From Deferrisomatales bacterium (GTDB taxonomy: Bacteria; Desulfobacterota; Deferrisomatia; Deferrisomatales; JACRMM01), in the NCBI GenBank assembly GCA_033551855.1, contig JAWSUI010000002.1:1-64000 (forward strand): 64,000 nucleotides of DNA, in the 5' to 3' direction. The notes under the pieces are model-generated. The model worked only from the letters and a program-made list of their open reading frames with translations. It was not told where the DNA came from and did no database searches. The first letter of the stretch is position 1. Every line of letters starts with the position of its first letter. Position numbers and translations under genes: made by a program. Below, piece after piece: positions 1 through 9,876 of this stretch.

Positions 1-51
1 AGGGGTCAACTCTGGTGAGCAGGGGTGGGGTCAATTCTCGTGAGCGTCGAA
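1..51. mobile_element. Probable terminal region of an IS21-family element (body lies left of the window)
   Basis: Two similar subterminal repeats GGGGTCAACTCTGGTGAGC (2-20) and GGGGTCAATTCTCGTGAGC (27-45), an arrangement typical of IS21 ends. Only ~17 bp separate it from CRISPR repeat 1. The canonical terminal CA is not evident. Confidence 0.55.
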
Positions 52-68
52 GGGGTCACCTCCTTCTG

Positions 69-1137
<1,069 letters not shown>

Positions 1138-1172
1138 CTCCGACCTGCCCTGCATCCTGCAGGACGCCCGTG

Positions 1173-1200
1173 TGGCCCTCCCCCGGTTTGGTGGACCCCC
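1173..1200. mobile_element. Orphan IS3-family-like terminal inverted repeat replacing most of CRISPR repeat 19 (alternative: degenerate terminal repeat at 1170-1198)
   Basis: The GTG of the expected repeat 19 at 1170 is followed by TGGCCCTCCCCCGGTTTGGTGGACCCCC, which resembles IS3 ends. No partner IR or transposase seen. It also matches the repeat at 17/29 positions in phase. Confidence 0.45.
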
Positions 1201-1369
1201 GCTACATCCGAAGCGCAGCATTTCCCGCATCCTGCGAACTTGTGCGCACGGCAGCCCGCGAAGGGCGCGGCCAACGCCAAGTTCGGAAGAGTCTCGGATC
1301 GTCTACCCGAGGCTTACGAACAGGCGGCGATTCCAACCGCTCTCCCGCGCACTCCGTTGAAACAAGGCC

Positions 1370-1398
1370 TTGCGCTATTCGCTATTCGCGAATAAGAT
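1370..1398 (+). promoter_or_regulatory. Sigma70-like promoter with embedded palindromic operator
   Basis: TTGCGC (1370-1375), N17, TAAGAT (1393-1398). Perfect palindrome TATTCGCGAATA at 1383-1394. The ATG at 1405 is only 6 nt downstream of the -10. Confidence 0.7.
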
Positions 1399-1404
1399 AC
1401 GGGC

Positions 1405-1914
1405 ATGATTCTGAAGCCCCAAGATGTGCTCATCCTCTTGAAGCTCGTCTCCCTCGGCGCCCGCGAGTGGAGCTACGCGAGAGTGGCCGGTGAGTTGTGC
1501 ATGAGTGCGTCCGAGGTCCACGCGGGGGTGAAGCGGGCCATTGCGGCGCGGCTCATGGGTTCCTCCCGGCAGCGTCCGATCCTGGCGGCCCTCGAAGAGT
1601 TCCTGATCCACGGCGTCCGCTATGCGTTTCCCCCGGATCGGGGAGGACCCAGCCGGGGCGTTCCAACGGCCTACGCAGGGCCGCCCCTGCGGGACCTGAT
1701 CACCCAACCGGAGGCGCCCCCGCCGGTCTGGCCCGACCCGCAGGGAGGCACGCAGGGCTTTTCCTTCTCCCCCCTGTACCGCACGGTGCCGGAGGCGGCG
1801 AAGAGGGACCGGGACCTGTACGAGCTCCTCGTCCTCACGGACGCGATTCGCGACGGCGGCGCTCGGGAGCGCGAGGTCTCGATTCGAGAGCTCCGTGCGA
1901 GGCTGAAGTCATGA
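1405..1914 (+). CDS. Winged-HTH protein, putative AbiEi-like antitoxin/transcriptional regulator
   Basis: 169-aa ORF with an N-terminal HTH-like segment (SYARVAGELCMSASEVHAGVKR). Stop overlaps the next start (ATGA). Confidence 0.7.
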   Translation: MILKPQDVLILLKLVSLGAREWSYARVAGELCMSASEVHAGVKRAIAARLMGSSRQRPILAALEEFLIHGVRYAFPPDRGGPSRGVPTAYAGPPLRDLITQPEAPPPVWPDPQGGTQGFSFSPLYRTVPEAAKRDRDLYELLVLTDAIRDGGAREREVSIRELRARLKS

Positions 1915-2615
1915 CGGCGCCGGTGGCGGGACGGGTGCTCGTCGAGACGGTGGCGCGGTGCCTGGGTCCGTTGCGGGAGGAGGTGGCGTTCCTGGGCGGC
2001 GCGGCGACCTCCTTACTCCTATCGGACCCGGCCGCCCCGGAGATCCGCTCCACGATCGACGTGGACGTGATCGTGGAGGTCGCCTCCCGCATCGAGTACT
2101 ACCGTCTGGCTGAGCGCTTGCGTGCGCTCGGGTTTCGCGAGGTTGCGGAGGAGGGGGCTCCCGTGTGCCGTTGGAGGGTCGCAGGGGTGCTGGTCGACGT
2201 GATGCCGACACTGCCGGAGGTTCTCGGGTTCAGCAACCGCTGGTACTCGGAGGCGTTGGCGACGGCGTCCGTCTACCGGATGGCAGAGGATCTCGTGATT
2301 CGGCTCGTCACGCCGCCCTACTTCCTGGCCACCAAGGTCGAGGCCTTTAGAAGCCGGGGAGGAGGCGACTACCGAGCGAGTCACGACCTGGAGGACATCA
2401 TCGCGGTTCTGGACGGCCGGCCGGAGGTCGTGTCCGAAATCGCCGGGAGCAAAGCCGACCTTCGGCAGTTCCTCCGCGACGCATTTGCGTCCTTCCTGAG
2501 CGAACGCGCCTTCCTGGAAGCGGTGCCGGGGCATCTGCCTCCTGATGCAGCCAGTCAGGCGAGGACGCCCATCGTGCTGGAGCGAGCCCGGGAGGTCGCC
2601 ACCCTGGCCCCTTGA
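1911..2615 (+). CDS. Nucleotidyltransferase, AbiEii/type IV toxin-like
   Basis: Motifs LGGAATSLL, RSTIDVDV (DxD) and KVEAFRSRG...HDLEDI. Translationally coupled to the upstream gene. Confidence 0.75.
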   Translation: MTAPVAGRVLVETVARCLGPLREEVAFLGGAATSLLLSDPAAPEIRSTIDVDVIVEVASRIEYYRLAERLRALGFREVAEEGAPVCRWRVAGVLVDVMPTLPEVLGFSNRWYSEALATASVYRMAEDLVIRLVTPPYFLATKVEAFRSRGGGDYRASHDLEDIIAVLDGRPEVVSEIAGSKADLRQFLRDAFASFLSERAFLEAVPGHLPPDAASQARTPIVLERAREVATLAP

Positions 2616-3039
2616 ACCGGCCGCTGCCGCGTCCGCCAGAGCGCGCGACCTCGCACGGGAGGCAGCGAGGGAGAGGCTGACCGCTCGCCGGACTTGGCAG
2701 TGACGGCGCCCCCCGGTTCCTCTCGCGGGATCGTCCTCCTCCGTTTCACCCCCAACCTCTGGTTCCGCCCTGGAGGCGCAAGGTGGAGGGCCCGACGTCA
2801 AGTGCCTTCACGCCGGGCCCGCGACGGACCGCAGTCCCCCTGAGCGGTGCTCCAGGATTGCTGCGCAACCCTTCCGGGTGACCAGAGCCCCCCCCCTGTG
2901 TCAGGGTAGTTGTCGCCTGAAGTGGGATGCTTGACCGGCTGTCCCGGAGGAGAGGGCAAGCGGGCGTAGCGAGCTTGTCCGAGCCGGAGGGACAGCCGGT
3001 GCGGACAGGCCGAACGGAGCGTCCGGCAGCCGCGCCCTG

Positions 3040-3654
3040 AGCCTGCAGCGCGCCAGCTTCGAGGAACCCAAGACCATCGAGGAGTTCGACTTCGCCTGCC
3101 TGCCGGGCCTCAACCCCGCCGCGGTCCGGGATCTCGCCACCGGGCTCTTTATCGAGAAGCGCGAGCACGTGCTCCTCTACGGGCCCGCCGGCACCGGCAA
3201 GACCCACCTGGCCCAGGCACTGGGCCACCAGGCCTGCCGGATGGGGCGCGCCGTGCTCTTCGTCAAGGCGGCAAAGCTGTTTCGCACGCTCCACGCCGCT
3301 CGCGCCGACAACTCCTGGGAGGCCGAGATCCGCCGCTTCCTCGCTCCGGATCTCTTGATCGTCGATGACTTCGGCCTCAAGCCCATGTCCATGACACAGG
3401 CCGAGGACTTCTACGAGATCGTCGCTGAGCGCCACCTGCGCGGCTCGATCGTGGTCACCTCCAACCGGCCCCCGGCCGACTGGCTGCCGCTGTTTCCCGA
3501 CCCGGTCATGGCCAACTCGGCCTTGGACCGGCTGGCCCACAACGCCCACCACGTGGTCATGAAAGGAGAGTCCTACCGCAAACGCCGCCGCCCCCAGGTC
3601 ATTGAGTCCTCACCCCAGCAACCTGAGCCCACCGAGGCCCACACTGCCCAATAA
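3040..3654 (+). pseudogene. istB: 5'-truncated IS21 helper ATPase IstB
   Basis: KTIEEFDF, Walker A GPAGTGKT, Walker B LLIVDD, VTSNR and ALDRLAH motifs. In-frame stop at 2932, no N-terminus and no istA upstream. Confidence 0.88.
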
Positions 3655-3694
3655 CCTTGACCCCGGGCCTGCCCAATTCGGCTGACCCTTGACA
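3644..3694 (+). mobile_element. IS21-family right end
   Basis: Two subterminal repeats CTGCCCAAT...TGACCC (3644, 3669) ending in TTGACA directly after istB. Sequence differs from the end at 1-51. Confidence 0.75.
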
Positions 3695-3718
3695 CGCCCC
3701 CACGCTCACCTGTCGTGC

Positions 3719-3747
3719 GTGTTCCCCACGGGCGTGGGGATGGACCG
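3719..3747 (+). CRISPR. Orphan perfect CRISPR repeat (detached distal part of the array) preceded by a 24-bp truncated spacer
   Basis: Exact 29/29 match to the array repeat in the same orientation. Confidence 0.93.
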
Positions 3748-3880
3748 ATGAGGGGCTCCGGGCGGCGGACGAATACGGGGAGGCGTGGGCCCGCGGGGGC
3801 TGCCGGGCGCACGGGCTCGACGGCGACGGGGCCGAGGCGACGCCGGCTCGGGGGGCGGAGAAAGGTGGCCCGGAGCCGGT

Positions 3881-4378
3881 CTACGTGGCGCACTCCGAGG
3901 GGTCGCCGTGGATCTTCTCCACGGCGTGGGGCAGCGCCGGCAGGATCACGGCGAGGTTCTCCCGCACGGCCTTTGGGCTTCCCGGGAGGTTCACGATGAG
4001 GGTGCGCCGCCGGATGCCGGCCAGGGCTCGGGAGATCACGGCGTGGGGGGTCTTCTGGAGGCTCGCCCACCGCATGGCCTCGGCCATGCCGGGGACCTCG
4101 CGCTCGATGACCTCCCGGGTGGCCTCCGGGGTCACGTCCCGGGGGCTCACGCCGGTGCCGCCCGTGGTGAGGATGAGGGCCAGGCCGTCCGTGTCCACCC
4201 AGCGCACCAGGGCGTCGACGATCTCCTCCCGCTCGTCGGGGATGACCCGGTAGGCCGCCACGGTGAAGACCGCGGGGTCGAGGAGCTCGCGGATCGCGGC
4301 GCCGGAGAGGTCCTCCCTCTCGCCCCGGGCCCCCTTGTCCGAGAGGGTCAGGATGCCCACGGGCCACGGGGCGCTCAC
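3881..4378 (-). CDS. mog: Molybdopterin adenylyltransferase MogA/MoaB family
   Basis: GILTLSD, EDLSG, TTGGTGVSPRDVTPEAT and NLPGSPKAVRE motifs; GTG start chosen. Confidence 0.9.
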   Translation of the reverse strand: MSAPWPVGILTLSDKGARGEREDLSGAAIRELLDPAVFTVAAYRVIPDEREEIVDALVRWVDTDGLALILTTGGTGVSPRDVTPEATREVIEREVPGMAEAMRWASLQKTPHAVISRALAGIRRRTLIVNLPGSPKAVRENLAVILPALPHAVEKIHGDPSECAT

Positions 4379-4839
4379 GGGGTCTCCCCGGCCGCTCCGG
4401 CCTCCTCGGGGGGCAGGACCTGGATCGTGTCCCCGACGGTGATCTCCCCTTCCGCGAGCACCTCGGCGAAGACCCCCTCCTTGGGCATGACGCAGTCGCC
4501 GGCCTGGTAGTAAATGGCGCAGCGGGTGTGACACTCCTTCCCGTGCTGGGTCAGGGCCAGGACGACGGTGTCCCCGACCCGGAGGCGGGCCCCCAGGGGC
4601 AGGCCGAGGAGGTCGAGGCCCCGGGTGGTGAGGTTCTCGGCAAAATCGCCGGGCCCCACCTCCAGGCCGGCGTCGCGCATCTTCTGGATGCTCTCCTCCG
4701 CCAGCAGGCTGACCATGCGGTGCCACGGCCCGGCGTGGGCGTCGCCGGCGACTCCTTCGAGGCCGATCCGGGCACGGGGCACCGGGGCCTTCTTGATGCC
4801 CTTGCGGTCGCTGACGTTGATGGAGACCAGGGTGGCCAT
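4375..4839 (-). CDS. MOSC domain protein
   Basis: GDAHAG..HRMVSLL, PGDFAENL and GKECH..C.I....G.C.MP.EG motifs. Confidence 0.9.
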   Translation of the reverse strand: MATLVSINVSDRKGIKKAPVPRARIGLEGVAGDAHAGPWHRMVSLLAEESIQKMRDAGLEVGPGDFAENLTTRGLDLLGLPLGARLRVGDTVVLALTQHGKECHTRCAIYYQAGDCVMPKEGVFAEVLAEGEITVGDTIQVLPPEEAGAAGETP

Positions 4840-4911
4840 CGCTGCTCCTTGGGACTGCGTCTTGCGGGGTTGCCGGGCGGGATTCCGACCCCCTGCGGCC
4901 GCCCGGGCCTG

Positions 4912-5940
4912 CTACACCTTGCCCCTTCGGGCCAGAATGCGCAGGGCCCCGCCGCAAATCGGCGCGGGGACGTTGCGGCTCTTCGAGATGGACCGGAGGT
5001 CCTGATCCTGGAGGGTCTCGAGCAGGCGAAGAGCCCGGGGGATGGGGGTCTTGGGGTTCTGGCTCAGGGCCAGGCGGAGCGGGTAGTGCTTGAGCCAGTC
5101 CTTCCGGTCCAGGATGATCCGCAGGATCTCCTCGGAAACGGTCCGATCCTGGGCGATGGGCAGCACCTCGTCCTCCCGGATCTTGGGGCTGCGGACCACC
5201 GCCCGCTGGACCACCCGGTTCGGGTCCCGGGCGAGGAGCCGCCGGGCCTCCTTGTTGCCCAGGGTGGCGAGCTTCACCTTCTCGGAGACCGACAGCGACT
5301 GGACGAGCTGATAGACGTTCTTGGGGTCGGGCGGCGCCTCGGCCCCCGGCTCCTCGTCCAGGAGGGAGCGCGGCAGTTCTTCGGGGAGCGCCACGTCTTC
5401 GAGGAGAGCATCTTCCGGCCCGGCCTCTTCGTCGGGGGGGGGCTGCGCCGCGCCGCACAGGGACGCGAGGCGGCTGCGCTCGGCAGGGTGCAGCGCCGGG
5501 TTTTCCGCCAGCCGTCGGGCCACGTCGGGGTACGCCAACAGCACGCGCTGATTCCGGGCCATCGTGGCCAGGAGGGTTTCGTCCCCCGAACCGATGAAAC
5601 GCTCAAGGGTGCGCCGGCCCACCCGGCCGTGGGCCACCACCCGCAGGAGGAGCCCAGGATCGGAGGGGTCCCGGGCGGCTACGAGATCCAGCACCGTGTC
5701 GGGGAGGCGGGGGTCCTCCACGGCTCCGGCGAACAGGAAGGCGGGAGTTTCCTCCCAGGCCCGTCGGGAGGCGTGGCGGACCGCCTCCGAGGGGTCGGCC
5801 AGGAGCAGGGCGAGAGTCACCAGGCGATCGGCAGGGGGCAGGGGGATCGCCCCCCGCGCCGCGGCGAGGCGAAGGGCCTCGGGAGCCGACGGCGCCACGC
5901 AGCGGGTCACCGCTTCGTGTAGGGGGAACCCGCCGGTCAC
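4912..5940 (-). CDS. Conserved hypothetical alpha-helical repeat protein
   Basis: Long ORF with a conserved-looking C-terminus (EKVKLATLGNKEARRLLARDPNRVV...NPKTP). Start overlaps the upstream stop. Confidence 0.75.
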   Translation of the reverse strand: MTGGFPLHEAVTRCVAPSAPEALRLAAARGAIPLPPADRLVTLALLLADPSEAVRHASRRAWEETPAFLFAGAVEDPRLPDTVLDLVAARDPSDPGLLLRVVAHGRVGRRTLERFIGSGDETLLATMARNQRVLLAYPDVARRLAENPALHPAERSRLASLCGAAQPPPDEEAGPEDALLEDVALPEELPRSLLDEEPGAEAPPDPKNVYQLVQSLSVSEKVKLATLGNKEARRLLARDPNRVVQRAVVRSPKIREDEVLPIAQDRTVSEEILRIILDRKDWLKHYPLRLALSQNPKTPIPRALRLLETLQDQDLRSISKSRNVPAPICGGALRILARRGKV

Positions 5941-6899
5941 GGCCTCCTCCTCAGGTAGGTTTCGATCCCGTGGCGGCCGAGGAGGAGCGCCCTGGTTTCC
6001 CGGGCTTCGGCCTCCGAGTAGGGGCCAGCAAAGACGGTCCACAAGGGCATCTCCCCCTCGACCCGCGACACCTGGACCGGGAGCCCCGCCTCGGCCAGGA
6101 GCTCCCGGGCGAGCCCGGCTTCCCTCTCCAGGAAGAAGCGGGCCTCTACTCCCGCCCCCGAGACCCGGTAGAGGAATCCGGCCCGGTCCAGGGTCTGGGC
6201 GGCCCGGGCCCGAGTGGCCGCATCCTCGGAAAGGACCGTGACGCGGAAGAACACCCCCTGGCGGGCGCCCTCGACCCGGTAGTGGGGAATCCCTAGGCCG
6301 TCGAGGCGGTCCTCCGCCTGCCTCCGGTACTCCTGGCTGCGGAACACCCCCACTTGGAGGACGTGGCTCCCCGGCCGGGGTGCCGGGGCGGTCTCGGCCA
6401 CGGCCCGGCTCGGTTCCTCGGGCCCCGCGTCCGGAGGCTCGGTCGTGTCGGGCGGCGGCTCCTCCGTTGCGATGTCCGGCTCCGGCAGGGATTCCGGGGG
6501 CGGGAACGGCGGGGGGACGAGGGCGGTTTCGGGGGGTTCCGCCGGAGGCTCGGGCGGTTCTGCCGAGGGCTCTGACGTCTCGACCGGGGCCTCGGGCTGC
6601 GCAGGCCCGTCAGGCGAGGGGGCTGCCGCCACCCTCACCTCGCGCACCTCGGGGCCGAAGCGGGCCCCGAGGTGCGGCGACGCAGGGGGCAACTCGGCGG
6701 TCGCCGCCGCGGGAGGCGGGACGGGGCTGACCTCCTGGCGGCCCTCGATGCGGTCCCGCAGCAGCACCCCGGCAACCTGGGCGCCGGCGAAGAGCGCCAG
6801 CAGGACCAGGGCTACAGTGGGTCCAAGGGGGCTGCGGCGAGCCCGGTGCCTCCCCCCCGCTGCAGGCCGGGGGGGATTCTCGGCAGGCAAAGACGCCAC
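5937..6899 (-). CDS. SPOR domain membrane-anchored protein
   Basis: TM helix, Pro/Glu-rich linker, and LQVGVF...WTVFAGPY SPOR-like motifs. Confidence 0.75.
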   Translation of the reverse strand: MASLPAENPPRPAAGGRHRARRSPLGPTVALVLLALFAGAQVAGVLLRDRIEGRQEVSPVPPPAAATAELPPASPHLGARFGPEVREVRVAAAPSPDGPAQPEAPVETSEPSAEPPEPPAEPPETALVPPPFPPPESLPEPDIATEEPPPDTTEPPDAGPEEPSRAVAETAPAPRPGSHVLQVGVFRSQEYRRQAEDRLDGLGIPHYRVEGARQGVFFRVTVLSEDAATRARAAQTLDRAGFLYRVSGAGVEARFFLEREAGLARELLAEAGLPVQVSRVEGEMPLWTVFAGPYSEAEARETRALLLGRHGIETYLRRRP

Positions 6900-6908
6900 G
6901 AGGCGCCC

Positions 6909-8993
6909 CTACGCCTCTCCCCGCTCGGCCTTGACCTCCGCCGCGATCTTCTCGGCGGCGTAGGGAGGGACTTCGTCGTAGTGGTCGAACTTCATCGTGT
7001 AGGTGCCCCGGCCAGAGGTCATCGACCGCAGGTCCGGGGCGTACTCGAGCATCTCGGCCAGGGGCACGTTCGCCTTGATCTCCTGGGTGCCGTCCCGGGG
7101 GTCCACCCCCAGGACTCGGCCCCGACGGGAGTTGAGGTCGCCGATGACGTCCCCCATCTGCGCGTCGGGGACCCGCACCACGACCTCCATGATCGGCTCC
7201 AGGAGCACGGGCTTGCACTCCACGGCCCCCTTCTTGAATCCTAGGGAGCCCGCGATCTTGAACGCCATTTCCGAGGAGTCCACGTCGTGGTACTTGCCGT
7301 CGAAGAGCGTGACCTCCACGTCCACCAGGGGGTACCCCGCCAGGATGCCCCCCTGCATCGCCTCGAAGATGCCCTCTTCCACGGCGGGGATGTACTGCCG
7401 GGGAATGGCGCCCCCCACGATCTTGTCGACGAACCGGAAGCCTTCGCCCCGGGGCAGGGGGCGGATCTCGATCCAGGTGTCCCCGAACTGCCCGCGCCCG
7501 CCCGTCTGCTTCTTGTACCGGCCCTGGACCTTGGTGGAGCCCTTGAGGGTCTCCCGATAGGGCACCTTCATCCGCTTCAGCTCCACGTCGGCGGCGTACT
7601 TGCGCTTCATGCGCTCGCACAGGATGTCCAGGTGGAGCCGGCCCATGCCCGAGACCAGGAGCTCGTGGGTCTGCTCCTCCCGGCCCAGGCGCAGGGTGGG
7701 GTCCTCGTCCTGCATCCGCCGGAGGCCCTGCCCCATCTTCTCCTCGTCGCCGCGGGCCTTGGGGTAGGCCGCGAGGGTCATGAGGGGCTCCGGAGGCGAG
7801 GGCAGGGTGTACCGGATGGGCTGCGCCTTGGCCGCCAGGGTGTCGCCCGAACCGGTCACCTTGAGCTTCGCCAGGGCCAGGATGTCCCCCGCGGTGGCCG
7901 CCGCCGCGGGTTTGGTCTCTTTGCCCAGGAGCGTCAGGATCTGCCCCACCCGCTCCTCCTCCTCCCGGGTCACGTTCCAGACCGAGGAGTCGGAGGAGAG
8001 GGAGCCGCTGAACACCCGGAAGATGTTCAGGCGCCCGGTGAAGGGGTCGGAGATCGTCTTGAACACCAGCGCGGAGAAGGGGGCGTCCTCCGCCGGGGCC
8101 CGCGTGGCCTCGGCCCCGTCGGGGGCGGTGCCCCGGGCCTCCCCGCGGTCCGCCGGCGAGGGGGCGGCGTCCACCAGGAATTCCAGCAGAGCCCCCGCCC
8201 CGATGTTCTTGGCTGCCGAGCCAACCAGGACCGGCACGAACTGGCGGCCGAGCACCCCGAGGCGAAGGGCCCGCGAGAGCTCGGCAGCACCTATTTCCTG
8301 GCCGTCGAAATACTTCTCCATGAGGGCATCGTCCGTCTCCACGAGGTGCTCCACGAGAGCGTCGCGGGCGGAGCGGGCGGCGTCCGCCAGCTCCGCCGGG
8401 ACCGGGCCCTCCACCGGCTTCCCGGTCGTGTCGCCGAAGGTGCAGGCGACCATGCGGAGCAGGTCCACGTACCCTCGGAAGCCGGACTCGGCCCCGATGG
8501 GCAGGTGCAGGGGGACGAAGGTGGCGTCGAAGCCCTCGGCCAGGGCACCCAGGGCGGCCTCGAAGCGGGAGTTCTCCTTGTCGAGGCGGTTGACGAAGAC
8601 GACCCGGGGAAGGTCGAGCCCGTCGGCATAGCCCCAGAGCTTTTCCGTCTCGAACTTGATGCCCCCCACTTCGGCGCTCACGACCACGGCGGCGACGTCC
8701 GCGGCGCTGAGGGCCGTTTGGGCCTCGTAGAGGAACACGTCGTAGCCCGGGGTGTCGAGCAGGTTGATCTTGTGCTTCCGGTGCTCGAAGGAGGCCAGAG
8801 AAGTGGAGATGCTGAGGTTGTGGCTCTTCTCTTCGGGCTCGAAGTCCAGGAGAGAGGACCCGTCGTCCACTTTCCCGAGGCGGGTGGTCACCCCGGCCGT
8901 GAAGAGGAGGGCCTCCCCCAGGGTGGTCTTGCCGGCTCCGCCGTTGCCCACCAGGGCCACGTTGCGGATGTTGCCCACCTCGAACTTCTTCAT
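6909..8993 (-). CDS. fusA: Elongation factor G paralog (EF-G2-like)
   Basis: 694 aa; GNGGAGKTT, DTPGY, KKQTGGRGQFG, YHDVDSSEMAF and LLEPIM motifs. Not in the str operon. Confidence 0.93.
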   Translation of the reverse strand: MKKFEVGNIRNVALVGNGGAGKTTLGEALLFTAGVTTRLGKVDDGSSLLDFEPEEKSHNLSISTSLASFEHRKHKINLLDTPGYDVFLYEAQTALSAADVAAVVVSAEVGGIKFETEKLWGYADGLDLPRVVFVNRLDKENSRFEAALGALAEGFDATFVPLHLPIGAESGFRGYVDLLRMVACTFGDTTGKPVEGPVPAELADAARSARDALVEHLVETDDALMEKYFDGQEIGAAELSRALRLGVLGRQFVPVLVGSAAKNIGAGALLEFLVDAAPSPADRGEARGTAPDGAEATRAPAEDAPFSALVFKTISDPFTGRLNIFRVFSGSLSSDSSVWNVTREEEERVGQILTLLGKETKPAAAATAGDILALAKLKVTGSGDTLAAKAQPIRYTLPSPPEPLMTLAAYPKARGDEEKMGQGLRRMQDEDPTLRLGREEQTHELLVSGMGRLHLDILCERMKRKYAADVELKRMKVPYRETLKGSTKVQGRYKKQTGGRGQFGDTWIEIRPLPRGEGFRFVDKIVGGAIPRQYIPAVEEGIFEAMQGGILAGYPLVDVEVTLFDGKYHDVDSSEMAFKIAGSLGFKKGAVECKPVLLEPIMEVVVRVPDAQMGDVIGDLNSRRGRVLGVDPRDGTQEIKANVPLAEMLEYAPDLRSMTSGRGTYTMKFDHYDEVPPYAAEKIAAEVKAERGEA

Positions 8994-9072
8994 GCCCGCT
9001 CCTTTCTTCCTGGGTCGCGCGTTCGGCGCGGGGGCACCGCCGCCCCTCGGGGCGCGGAGCCCGGCCGGCGCT

Positions 9073-9876
9073 TCACGTCTGGCAATTCTCCTCTGCCGTG
9101 TTTCGCTCGTGGATGATGCGCAGCCCCTCGAGGGTCAGCAACTCGTCCACGTGGTCGATGTGCTTGGTTTCCTCGGCGATGACCGCCGCCAGGCCCCCCG
9201 TGGCCACCACCGCGGGGTTGCCGCCCACCTCCCGGCTGAGCCGCTCGATGAGGCCGTCCACGAGGGAAGCGTACCCGAACCAGGTGCCCGACTGCATCGA
9301 CTGGACCGTGTTCCGGCCGAGGACCCGGGCGGGGCGCGCCAGGGCCACTTTGGGCAACTTGCTCGTCCGGGCGAAGAGGGCTTCCATGGCGATCGCCAGC
9401 CCCGGCGCGATCATCCCGCCCATGTACCCCCCCTCGGCGCTGACGTAGTCGAAGGTGGTCGCGGTGCCGAAGTCCACGATGATCAGGGCGGACTTGTACT
9501 TGTCGTAGCCCGCCACCGCGTTCACGATGCGGTCGGCGCCCACCTCCCGGGGGTCCTCGTAGTGGATCGGCATCCCGGTGCGCACACCGGGGCCGACCAC
9601 GAGGGGCTTTCGGTGCAGGTACTCCTGGGCCACTTCCTCGAAGGTGGGGGTCAGGGCCGGGACGACCGAGGAGATGGCGATCCCGTGGATGTCCGACACG
9701 TCCACCCCGGCCAACTGGAACAGGCTGCGCAGGAGCACTCCCAACTCGTCGGGGGTGCGGTGGGTCTCGGACGCGATGCGCCAGTGGCCCAGCAGTTCCT
9801 TGCCCTGGTAGACCCCCAGGACGGTGTGAGTATTGCCGACGTCCACCACCAGCAGAAGTGATCGGCCTCGGCTCAT
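9073..9876 (-). CDS. coaX: Type III pantothenate kinase
   Basis: VDVGNT, SSVVP, EVGADR, VDFGTATT and ATGG motifs. Confidence 0.95.
   Translation of the reverse strand: MSRGRSLLLVVDVGNTHTVLGVYQGKELLGHWRIASETHRTPDELGVLLRSLFQLAGVDVSDIHGIAISSVVPALTPTFEEVAQEYLHRKPLVVGPGVRTGMPIHYEDPREVGADRIVNAVAGYDKYKSALIIVDFGTATTFDYVSAEGGYMGGMIAPGLAIAMEALFARTSKLPKVALARPARVLGRNTVQSMQSGTWFGYASLVDGLIERLSREVGGNPAVVATGGLAAVIAEETKHIDHVDELLTLEGLRIIHERNTAEENCQT

Noticed and set aside
1405..3654. Possibility that the genes inside the array are cas genes or a CAST (IstB resembles TnsC)
   Set aside because: No Cas, TnsB or TniQ motifs. The ATPase is a truncated ordinary IstB followed by an IS21 end.
3748..3810. A further degenerate repeat one period after the orphan repeat
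   Set aside because: The sequence at about 3780 has no convincing similarity to the repeat.
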